NCBI GenBank assembly: GCA_046563655.1
Contig: CM102286.1
Span: 12,400,001-12,464,000 of the forward strand
DNA length: 64,000 nt
Direction: 5' to 3'
Source of the DNA: Yuukianura sp. NJ FZ-2021
Lineage: Eukaryota
Numbering within the stretch: position 1 is the stretch's first letter; each line of letters starts with the position of its first letter. This document shows positions 12,252 to 24,500 of this stretch, piece by piece. Position numbers and translations under genes: made by a program. Under the pieces are notes generated by a model. It was given only the letters and a program-made list of their open reading frames with translations. It did no database searches and had not been told where the DNA came from.

Positions 12252-14008
12252 TTATTCTCAAAGATTAAAGGTGTGGTGGTGGTGCTATCAAGTGAAAGTT
12301 AGCCCTCAGAAACCATTCCTTTTGTTATTCTTTCTCACACTCAAACTCGTTCCTTTTTATTCCACCGTAAGAAAAGGAAGGTGTTTGAAAGAGAAAGTGC
12401 GTTTCACTTTGAAGGAGAAGAGAGACAAAGGAATGCGTTTCTGGGGAAAGTAGAGACCTTTGCCATGTAATAATTTGCTGTACTGCCAGCATTCTTTCCT
12501 TGTTACATGGCATCCAGGGGATTAGTTACATGTCCCTTGACTGATCAAATGTGCAATTTTATCCTATTACCTCCTTCTAACCTACCGTCATCTCCTTACT
12601 TCAAACGTCGTCATCGTCTCCAGAAAACGTTGGTGCGAAAATTGCTTCAAACGGATATCCACCATTCATTGGCACTTACACGGTGGTAGCTATAACGAAA
12701 ATGTAAATTTTAGAACATGACGCGTGAAGTATACTCCTCATGAACTTCTTTGTATTGTTTCAGAAGTGTATCTTTCCGGATGAAGAGGCCAAGAGTGGTT
12801 GCTATACTGGAAGGAGGAGTGAAATGTGCTGGATGCTGCTGAATCCTTGTTCTTCGTGGTTGAGATTAGGAGGGATGATAATTAATCCGGGGAGTTGAGC
12901 TTTCTCTTTAGGATTCTCTGGATGAAAAGCTTTTTGGGTATATGCTGGAATGAGTGATTCAACGGAGAAGTGGATTTCCGGTGAAAGGAGGGAAGATACC
13001 TTTGGTGCGATACCCGCCTCACTATATTTTCCTGGAAGATTCCGGAAGAGATTTGGTTTGAAGCTAATAAGTAAGTCATGCTCCTTTCACTGCCCGTCCA
13101 GGTTCCACTACCTAAACATAGTACCATGTTTTCTCGCAAAAAATACGCATATTATTTGTGACATTCTTGAAAAGGAATGAAGAAAAAAATTTCTTGAAAT
13201 TGAAACAAGAATTGTACCAGGAGTGCTGAAATGCTGAAATTGTAATTTTCACAATAGGTAGTCCAAGAATTAAAAATTTAAAAAACTTTGTCTGATAATG
13301 TACAACGATATGAGAATGTGAAATATATGAGAGGAAATACGGTACTGACATTCACCTTTTGGTTAGGTTGTGCCATGCTTTAATCCAAATCTCAACTAAC
13401 CCTCTTGACTTTCTCTTTTTTCTTTTTGTGGTTTTAGGTGCTTTTTCCAGGACTTCTTGTGGAAATCGTATCTAAGAGATTTTCTTTCTGGACGGAGATC
13501 CTTGACTTCGTGGTGGTTGGAAAGTTGCAATTAGAGCAGAACAGGATAGGAATTAATCTCATTCCACTTCGACATTAATGAGGGTGGGTGGAAGTCCAAT
13601 TTCATTTTAACTCTGAACCAGGAGTACCGACTATTAAATCCTTCAGTTATATGAGCCATAGTAAGCCAACTAATCGTTACTTTCTTCGCAAAATGATCTC
13701 TAAACTTTCTCCTCTTGGAATTCAGAAGATACGTGCTGCCAGTCTCCACAGGGCGACATCATTGGAATCAAGCGGCCCATTTAAGCCTAAAACGTCCTCT
13801 TGCTGCTGCTGCTGTGTTGACAATTCCAAGCAAGGATTCTAATTACAAAATGGTAATTTGCGAAATCAAGAGGAATTCTTTATGAAATTCTCAACAACTA
13901 ATGTACTGGATAATCTAAATAAGTCCAACCCACACCAAAGTCTTAATTTGTTTTGTCATGAGCAATTATCTTTTAATTATTTTTTTAATCTGCAGATTAA
14001 TATGGAGT

Positions 14009-14161
14009 TACCGTAAAACTTCAGTTTGAGGAGGTTTCATTTGTAAACAAAACAAAACGTTTTTGGTGGTCCAGTACCTCAAATGTGTTGAATTTACAAT
14101 AGTTACTGTAACTTTTCCAACCAGCCAATCAGAGCGTGTTGCGTAATGAGAGGTTCTACTG
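14009..14161. mobile_element. Left-truncated copy of the same MITE family
   Basis: Internal taccgtaaaactt (also at ~11793) and right end ccaatcagagcgtgttgcgtaatgagaggttctactg|TA; left TIR not found. Confidence 0.7.
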
Positions 14162-14476
14162 TACTTCTGTATGGAAGAAACTTGACGCTTCTGCGGCATC
14201 ATACCTTGGTTTTATTGTAAGGAAATAAAGTTTACAGAACATTGTTTTAAATAACAAAGGCATTGTAACATACAGTTAAGTTATAAATTATCCTGTTTTC
14301 CAAAATGGTTTTATAACCTAAAGACTAAATTTGTTTTTGACTATTTGTGTTTAGTGTCCTACAGGAATTCAATCTCCCCCTGCTCGTATTCTCTCCAGAA
14401 CTTTTACACTTGTGAAGATTGAAGATTCCCTTTGGAATGTGTGAGAAGATCTTCCTAGGAAGGCTTAAGTTGTACC

Positions 14477-14521
14477 AAAATTTTCCAGAAAGTTACAACT
14501 TGTAAGTTTCTGGAAAATTTT
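14477..14521. repeat. Near-perfect 22-bp-arm palindrome
   Basis: aaaattttccagaaagttacaa-c-ttgtaagtttctggaaaatttt (1 mismatch). Confidence 0.85.
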
Positions 14522-15546
14522 CGTTCTCGATTCTTGAACTAGTAAGTAGGTTTATAATTTGCACAGTTTTCCCATATCCTTTTGCTTAATCCATTCACTG
14601 CATTTGCGCATTCCTGGTTGATCCATTCACTGCCTTTGTGTATTTAGCTCAACCATGTCAATATAACCTTTCTTGTGTAGAATGTGAAATGGTCAAAGTA
14701 ATTTTATCAAAAAGTAAGATGGTAAAAATTGAAAATGTCAACTCTTACAAATAGTAGAACAGGTTTCGCTTGGTTAGCTTTTCTTATGTTTGATCTTCTC
14801 ACTTTTTGACCTTTTCACTTTCGACCAAATTGTTTTTGGCCAAATTACATGGAACCCTTTTCTTGTTTCTTTAACGGCAACTCATTTAATCTTAGGTTTA
14901 ATGAAATTTGACTCAACTTAAATGACAACTCAGTGAAAGTGGAGAAAGTGACAGTAGTTGAAAACGGTGAAATGGGTGCCAAGTTAACCGTGGAACCAAT
15001 TTCTATGTTAATCCTTAAGGTGGATTATGATATTACGATCACATCTTTGTGTGGGTTTATGACCCTTGCAATAAAACGGCCTCCATTGTACGGTTGTAAA
15101 CATTGACAAGGGAGGGGGTGGATAGAAGTTTTGCCTGTGGTGAAAGCGTGTCAGAGAAAGTGAAGCGATTTGAAAGTCGTCTCGTGCCATTTCAGCGTCC
15201 GCAGGAGTAAGGATGACGCTGGAAGGCTGGAACTGAAGCGAAATGGAGCATCGGATTATAAAGTTCATCGTCGGCTAGGAAGAGCCTGCTTTCCATAATC
15301 TAATGATGCAGTGTAGTAGTAGTAGTGCATAACCATTATTACTAAGTTTGCTAATCTCTTCCGCAAGTCAAACTATCACTAGAATATGATGATGCTTCAA
15401 CTTAATTATCTTTGTAATAGGTTTCCAAAATCATTTCAGCCAAGTAGTTACACTCGTGGCTATACCAAATTAAATCCTAAAATCTTATTTTTAGTTACAT
15501 TTTCATTAATAATACTTAAGCTTAACTTTTTTTTCTGTTTTTTTTT

Positions 15547-18500
15547 TCAGAACAATTTAGAAAAAGAATTTGACTGGAACGAAAGAACGACTGTCACTGC
15601 TGCTGTCGAGATGATGAAAACGGATTGGCAATAATCTCTTCGAACTGACATGGAACTGGAGGCTTCTGGTAAAAAAATGGAACAAACCACAAAGAAAGTT
15701 AGCAAAATAGCAACAATTTGTTTTTTCAAATTCTTTTGTATTCCTTTTCAGAGATCAAGATCAAAGTGAAAAGAAAAAGTTTCAGGGAAGATGCGTTTGA
15801 TGACATACGAGATAGACATGTCCCTGTTCCTTTGGGAATCTAGGTCCTTCCAGCCTATTGACTCCTCTTCCTATTTCCGTTAAAGGTAAAGTTTAAATAA
15901 AATTATGGAAATGGTGAACAACTTCCTTCTGCTTTTTCTTTTTCTAGAAAACTAGCTTTTGTTGGATTCGAACTGGGGACTATGCAGTACGAAGGTCTAA
16001 CGAAGTTCCATTGTCATCACTTTTTTGGCAAAACCTTTTTCTGGAAGATGCACTTTGAGTAAAGAATGCAAAAGGAAATCTAATGGCGTGTGACAATTGA
16101 TCGCTCCAATGAGCCTTGGCACATTCCATTTCCCATAACAATAAATCAAATTGAAAGGAAAATCATAAAATGGCCTCTTATCCCTCCGATTCTCATCTTT
16201 CAACACAGTCATAGACTATAATGTTAAGGCTGTTTTGATTTTCCAGGATAATGTTTTGTTCAAACACGCATTGCTTTCCCGCCCAACACAGTCATAAACA
16301 CAACCATCATTTAGCTTTTCTCTTTGAATTTGTTCTTTACAAAAGGAAATAATGGAGACTTTTTGTCTATTTCAATTGGTTTCAAATTTTCAAACGATTT
16401 TTTTTTGTTTTGAAAAGTTGCTTGTACCACAGATCACAATATCAGTTTCATTTTTAAGGGCCTCCAGGAAGTTAGGTTGGTTGCAGAATATAACCTTGCG
16501 TTTTCAACTTTTTTGTGCTTTTGCGGTAACGAAAAACCTAACTTGCTTTCTAAAAGTAGTCAGGAAGAGGAGCAAGTCTTGAAAAAGTTTTTTTTTCGTC
16601 CAGAAGACGCTAGGTTCCCAGAAAACTTGTTATAAAACTAACCTCGTTTTCCTGGATTGAAAATGGATTTCCCTTCCTGTACACTTCGTTCGTAATGATT
16701 TTCTAATACGTTCTCTTCATTGGTTCTATGAAGAAGAAAAAAAAACATGATTTTATTAGTTTTATGCTCTCTTATATTTTCTGAACTTCCTTATTTGAAT
16801 AGAATTGAAAAAGAAGTTTAAAAATACCGCCAGTAAAAGTCTTCAATGGTTGCTACGCACTTGATCTTGAGCATCCGATTGATAAAGTGATGTTTCCGTA
16901 TCTGCTTGAAAGGAGACAGAAATTAGTGTTTAATTTTTTTTTTTCAAAAGAACAAATTAAGTGAATTTTCTTGTTTAAAAGTCGTTTTGAAAAGGGGCTT
17001 TTTTGAACCTTATTCCCTTGGAATTCTACATTTAGTGAAAGTGACAGGAGATTTGGAAGGATAATTTATCTTTGCTGAGAGGGGAGAAGAGAGAAAGTTT
17101 TTTTTTCCAAAATGAACAACTCTTTTTGGATGAATGTGCATTCTGCAGGAAAAGTCAAAAAAATGTTTGAAATTTCCCGCTGGACTTGTAACAATGTCAA
17201 AATGATTACTTTTGGTCTGTCTACACTGGCCAAACGGGGTTTCTAGTGGTCATGTCGTAAATGTAATTAGGGACTGTAGATTGACTTGGAAAAGTCAGAG
17301 GATGACACTAGTATTGCCAGTATTTCGTCAGTCAGAGAGATGCTGAGAAAATGTTGTCCAGGAAGTGGGATTTTGCTGGAGAAACTTTTCCCAGTTTCCA
17401 ATTGACTTTCACTCTGTGCCTCTGGAGGCTTTAATTCTAAAGTGCTCTCTGACTCTTGAGGCATGTCATTTTTCCTGGATCTAACTTTTTTTTTGAAACT
17501 TGAAACTCAATTGAATTTGTAAACATTGAACCATAGCCCCAGATTTCTGATTTTTTTTCATCAAAACATCACGAATCGGATATTTTCTTTTCCGTTTTGC
17601 TTTTTTCCAACATTTAAAATTCAGAATTCTAACTTCAACACAGCAAAATTTTGCCTTTTTTTAAAAACAAAACGTCAAGTTCTTTACTCTCATCTAAAAA
17701 AAAAGTTGGTGAGGCACATAAATCTTCTGGAGTTAAAAATTCCACATCTTTGGCTTTCTTTTTTGCAAGTTTCAAAATTTCAACAATTTTGATTTTTTTT
17801 GGCGAGTTTCAAATTCCAACATTTTTTATTCTATATTTTCGAGTTTCAAAATTGTACTAAAAATTTTTGTTTACCTTAAAATGAAGTCCCAAAATGGACG
17901 TTTCCAGTTGGTCTTCATGACGAATGCTTGGATACCTCCTTAACGCTTCTTCAGGTGCCTTAAAATAAGTTATTTTATTCGTCAAATTATATATGTATAT
18001 ATTACATTTTAGTCTTCTGGAGACGCACGTCTACGACGTGCTGAAGAAGACTATTGATACGACTTTGTCCGTCCGTCTGTCTGTCACCTTTTTTAGAATA
18101 CTTTCCACTGAAACATAAGCCCCATCGCAGTCGGGGGGTTATGTGTGGCTCAAGTGTTTTCATTACCTCTACATTGCACTCAAAGTCTTACATTAACACC
18201 GCACAAAGTTTGCCTCTGCATCGCGTTGCTGTTTCTTAAGTCCTCAAAATTTTTGTGTTAGGTCTGCATTATACTCAAAATATTTATTAACAACGAAGCT
18301 TTGATCTGGTCATTTTCTGGCAGTTAGTTTAATTACGTTGTTAAATTAAGCCAAATTAGAGGGTAGAAATTCCGGCTTAAATTCGTAATACGTAAACAGT
18401 GCCTTGCAGGGTTCAAATTTCCTTTCTCAACAATTTTGATTGTAAACAAGGGACATTCGAGTTTATAACTTATGCACTTAATTTAACACTTGGTGCACTT

Positions 18501-21500
18501 ATTTGAACCGATTTTGATTTTATAGAAGCTATATTCGATCCCTACTCCGCAACGTTCAATTTTGTGCATGTTCCACACTTATTGCACATGAATTTAGAAT
18601 TGTACAGATATTTTTACGCTGGGTAAAGGACGTTCTTACGTCAAAACCTGTGCATATTTCAGAACAATTGTGCACCAAATTATTTGAACGGAGTCAAAAC
18701 AGTGCAGAGCTTAATTTTCACATTTTAATGCAAACGGTTTTTTAATCTTTTTTGTTATTGGGCAATTTGGTGCAACTTATGCACAAAGTAGGACTTAATA
18801 TCCGCACTGAAAATTTTGTGCGAAGTTTTGTAGCATGAAGTGCATCAAAACGGTTTCTCATCTTTTCGCTCCACGTTTTCGCGGCCGGCCGATCTCAGTC
18901 GTATCAATTTTCAACTACCTCCAGAAGACCTATGCTCAACCCTTGAGCATTGCCCTACCTTGTTTCAAAATGTTCTGAAATTTTGACTTTCTTGATTGTT
19001 TTTCTTAATTACCTGATTACCGTTAACTTGCCACGTTAACTTAGCTCCAGGTCGAGCTCTTGTTGACGAACAATTCACAGACATTATATCCCCAATGGCA
19101 TAGCGTGGCCTTCCACCCTCAATATGCGGACCATCATCCGGTAAATCTGGTTCCAAATAATTCCAAAAATCAAATCCATTTTCAAAACACCGAAAGGCGC
19201 TAAAATCCAAAAATTTAACAGCGTCCAGTTGTAGATTTTTTAAACATTTGGCGCTCTTCTTTTGTTTAAAATTTTAAGTACCCACAAGTTGTGGCCCGCA
19301 ACAGAGATTTGTTTGATAAAAAGAGCATTTTTTTTTCTTCTAAAATTGAATTCTGGTGTATCTAGTGTATCTTTTTAAGTGGTTTATAACAAAGAAAACC
19401 AGGTGTGAAAATGCTGAAGTGAGAAATCAATCATTGAAGGGCTCTCAATTCTGTGCAAACGGGGTACTTCGGGCGTACTTTGAGAGGGTACCCAAAGGAA
19501 ACATTGGGTGCAGCAGCTGAATCCTTTTATAGAGCAGTCATAAAAAATCAGAAACGTATCCAAGACCATCTGAGGTCAACTTATTTATCCCCGTCTTGGA
19601 ATAGAATGCCACCACTTCCTATGGCTTCCAAATACATTTTACTTTTGTAAGTACTATAGTCTAGGAATCCTCTTGAGAGACGATGGGACTGTGCTTCAAC
19701 TGAGGTCTCAAGGGACTTTGAGTCAAGGGAACGTGACTTCCATTCCTAAGAATTCGCCAAAGAAGAAAAAAAAATGTGCCAACGAGGAGAAAGCCAGAGA
19801 AAGTCGAAGTTTTGCCAGGCAGAGACCCAATTTCTTCTAAGAATTTGTGGCAGAGGGACCTTAAACCCACCAGATTTTATTTTTGGCAGGCAGAATAGAG
19901 AAAAATTGATTGGAATTGAAGTTTCTATATCATTTCTTTTTAGGACTAGCATCCACATCCACATTCGCGTAACAACTTCTTGCAGCCACCGTGACTAGAG
20001 TAGGTGGAAGGCAGCCGGAAAGTGTCAAAGTGTAGGACCCACTTAAGCCACTTTGACTTTCCTTCAAAAGCACATTGTTTCCTTTTGTCTTTTTGAGACT
20101 TTCCAAGAACTGTTTTCTCTTTCATGATTTTAACATAAAGTACATGACCTTATTCTCACTTTCTCCGTTGACATCTTATTTCAATCACAAAGTCCATTAA
20201 TTTAGGAGACAGATTAGTGTTAATAAAATATGCATAAAACAAGGACGCTCTTTTGCCTAAACTTGTCCAATCCAATTCCTTCGCTTCACCGAACTTTTGT
20301 CTTTTAGGACTTTCACTTTCTATTTTGTTAGAATCTGAAATGATGTTGAAATTTTGAGAATTAAAATCCAAACTAAAGCAGAAAGGAAGGCGGAGTAGGG
20401 ATCCTCCCTCTAAAGACTTTGAAAAACTAAGGAAAAGTGAAGCCGTTTCTTTAGATTTTGTGTATGTTCATGAATAATTTGAAAAGGAGCTGGGATAATC
20501 TGTTCTTGAAAAGGAGTGAAATCCTTAAACTTTTACTTTCTCCGCTAAAAGTGGTTAGAGCTAGAGCTAAAAGGGGTTTAAAAATATGACTTGGGTGGAG
20601 GAGAGAGACAGCAGTGAGGCATTGAAGCGGAACGAAGGGAATGAATGGGGCCTTCCAGGAACCTTCTCTGGAGCCTTCTTCATCCAGAAACAACCGCCAA
20701 GGAATTGTAGTCTGTCGTTTAAGTTGGACTTGGAAGGAGAGAAGGCGAGACAAGGGAACTAATTGCAGTAAAGTGTCTCTCCTTGTCTCTCATCGACTCA
20801 ATTTCTCCCAAGGGCCCTTCTGGAACAATGTCTTAGGGAGCTTCGTTTTCGGAGAAAGGAGGACTTGGAAAACCGCGACTAGGTTTAGGCATAGCCTAAC
20901 ATTTTTCCTTGCAAGAAACAGAACCATTTTGACCTAAACCAAAGTTTCTATGTTGGTTCCACTTTTTTTAAGAGCGGAGACACTGGAAGAGGAACAAACG
21001 GCGGAAGCAAGAGGCTGGCAAAGATAAAGAAAGCGACTTTCTCCAAGTGGAACTTGGCAGAAGGGCTCCTCTTGGCTCTGGCTTGCAGAAGACAAGCGTC
21101 AAAGTCACTTCAGAAACCAAAGGAAAGGATATGACAGGCACAAGAGCTTCCGGTTTGGCTACAAAACCTCCTCCGGCCTATTTTTACCTTCGGTAAACTT
21201 AAGTTTCTCTCAAGGAAGTATCAAAAGTTGCGATTCAAATATCACAACTCACAAATTTTACTAGCACAAAAGCATCTTATGTACTAAACTTTGATTTTAA
21301 TTTTGAATTTACAGGTTAATTTTTAAAGCAAACTTAGCTTTAATAAGCCTAACCAGTTCAACCTACTGAGAGAAAGTGTAGTCGTGTAAGCCCTGTGTTC
21401 GAATTCAACATTTTTATTATTTACACAATTACACAAATGAATTTTTTTTGAAAAAAAAAATTCGAAATAAGAACTTGGCTGCCGTACACTTTTACATGTT

Positions 21501-24500
21501 TAACCGCGCTCTTTTTCTTTAATTTATTTTTTTAATTTTTTAAGTTTGCGTAAATAGGCATACGAAAAATTCCGTTGCGTAGCTTAAAGGTTAACAAAAA
21601 TAGATTTCTAATGCTTACGCATTACGCAGCTTTGACCTTATTGAGCTTCTTAAGCTCAACGTTAATTAAGCTTATTATGCTTTTGAGACGACCTCCTTTG
21701 GTTTCATCATCCTCTTAGGATTATTGTCTTATTGGAATTTGATCTCCATCTTGTCGTTTTTACTTAGAAAAGGAAAAGGAAACCCGGAGTGAAAGTGATC
21801 TTCTCCACTTTCTGTCTCTAATGAATCTGATCTCTTGTGCTACCATCTGAGAGCTGTCACTGGAGTAAAATTCTAAGAAACTAATGAAATGATATTAGCC
21901 ATCATCTTTTGGCCAACTTTCACCAGTTTCCTTCAACGCTGGACTCCAAAAGGCCGCCGCCCCCTCCTAATCATTTCATTATAGCTTTGGCTCCTTCTGG
22001 AACAGGACCTCCAGCCACTTTCTTATTAGACCGTTGAGCTAAAATAAATGGGCCAATTTAATTAAGGAAAGTTTGGACTGCCTTGTTGCCAAGAACGAAG
22101 AAAAAGCCTCAAGTCACAAATCAATTAGAACTTTTCTTAAGGTTCCTAAGCTCAACTGCCGGGTAAGGCGGGCTCCAGAAAAATGCTTTAGCTTTATGTC
22201 CATTTCATTATGGGACGACGGACGGCGACAAACGGCATATGGTCAACCGCAACCACCGTTGATCTTTTTCATCTCAAGATCTTTAGCACTTTCACTGCCT
22301 TCTGGATCCGCTTAGGATAGCTTTCTCTTACCACACAATTCAGATTTGGTCCTAATGAGATATCTCTTGACTAAGATTCTAAGCTGAGCCTAACTTGAAG
22401 TGAAAGTTAGGCTAGGTCCTTGGAATCCGTCTTTTCATCGTCAGCCATTTTGGAGTTGTAGACGGTGCTAATAAAGCAAGATGTCTTGTCTCGAAGAAGA
22501 AATAAATCCTATCATCATCATCCGTAAATCAAGGGACCCTGGGCCCTTATACTTACTAGTCCCAGAGGAACCCAAACGCTGCTGTGCGGTGACTGGTGAG
22601 ACTCGCAGCTCCCACATAAAATAAAACTTTCACTCTAACATTTCCAAAACCTAAATGCTTTTGCGACGCTTTCTTCTTCTCTTTCCCTTCCAAGCTTTTT
22701 TCGAAAGTCCTTACGGTCTGTCGATACGGAAAAAAGAGCGGGAAGAAGGTGACCAAAGGTTGTCGTCGTAAATCGCTAAATTACTCGACGTCAGATGACC
22801 CCATCACTGTAACTCATCTTCAACCTAACCGAAAACCTAACGCAACGTAGCCTAATCGAAGAAATTGGATGCTCAGACAACCATGGAGAGCAACTTTCAC
22901 CGAAGCACCGCCCCTAAAAAAGCCACCCCACCATTTGTCCCGGGCGTTTTGAAAGTTTAATGGAACTTGTGCTTTGGTGTGTCGTAATTTTTGAATGTTT
23001 CGAGGTGCCTTTTGATTTATTCTGCTTGTTTTGAAAGTGTTACGCAAGTAGAGCTTTCTATTTCCCAAAGTGAAATTGAGGGGTCCGTCGGAAATGTTGT
23101 TCAACATGGGACTGATGGTAGAATTGGAGTTGAAAGTAACAGAATCAGAGGGTTTTATTGATCAAAAGCTCTTTTAAACTCAAAGTCTTTTGCCTAAATT
23201 TCCCAAAATCTGTTGACGGTCTAGTTTTCTATTCAGTTTCAAAATTCATTTGAAAATGAAAAGACCACAACGTGGCATTTTGAAAGAGAGAGAAAGAGTC
23301 TAGTTCTCTGCGTTTTTGAATCTGTTCTCTGTTACATTTACACAGTCCTTGATTGTGTAAATAAATAAAGTCAAGGGACCCCAGCAGTCGACAATTTTGA
23401 GTCTGGAATAATGAATATGGCTGCGGGTAAACCGTAATTCATACTCTCCCGCCTACACACGCTCGTATTTGAATTTTCAACTTTGAAAAAAGAGAAAGTT
23501 GAACTTGAGCGCCAGTTTTTAAATGGAAAGGCGCCTACTGGGGAAAGTGACTTTTCTGGCCCTTGCGGTCACGAGAAACTTAAAAACGATTTTTTTTTGT
23601 TCATTTAAAAATTTTGTGTATAACTTTTAAAATTTCTAAAATTTGGACTACACTTAAACCTATTTCAAATGCAGATACATTTGGCTCAAATTCAGTTTTT
23701 CAAAAACTTTGTATTTACTAACTTACAAGCCATTGTATATTCATGAAAATTTTTAAAATTGGCACAAGGATTTTGCGTAGGTCCCGCGGTCATATTGGCG
23801 CATTTGTGGTATTTTTTGGTGAAGTATTTTTTGCAATTATTTTTGTTTTCTGCATTTACAAAATATGTTTACTTACCTACAATTATCATTTGACTACTTT
23901 CGACCACAGTTCGAAACGCTGGAGCTTCACCTAAAAAGCAAAATTCAGAATATGTAATTAGTTTATACCGCTGGAGTGTGGGAAATACAAATTTGAAAAT
24001 GGGGAAAGGTGGCATATGGGTTTCGGATGTTGCTGGGAAATCAGATTAGAGTAATTTTCGTGCCGTTTTTGTTACAGAATTTATTTGACAACTGAAATTA
24101 GCCGCTATATTATTTATGTTTGTAAAGTATAATTAAAATAAACAATAGTAGGATGCAGGAAATGCTCAAAACTCACCTGAAATTTCACATCTATAGATTC
24201 CAGAGCTATTAAAATCTACTTTACTCAGCACAACAACCGTGTCTGTTGAGTTCACAAGCTGCAAAGTGAAAATTGTAAATGTAAAACCACAAATAGAAAA
24301 ACAAAATTCATTTCATAATTGAACAAAATTTTTGAATTTTGAAAAATTGTACCTCTACAGGTAATCCAGGTAAGTTGAAAGTGTGGGCCGGCGGATCTTC
24401 TCCAGGAAGAAAGCGGTAAAACTCTCTATCATCTTTGTACCATTTTACAGAGTAGAGAGCTTCTCCTTCAAGGTCGAACTGAAATTATATATTATAAAGT

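Noticed and set aside
12800..13035. Minus-strand open frames after a ttccag acceptor as an alternative beat terminal exon
   Set aside because: No recognisable protein features; an adequate terminal exon exists at 15665-15547
15808..15870. Extra minus-strand exon candidate in the beat gene (GRGVNRLEGPRFPKEQGHVYL)
   Set aside because: Exits in phase 0 whereas the hydrophobic terminal exon needs phase 1; not needed for a complete model
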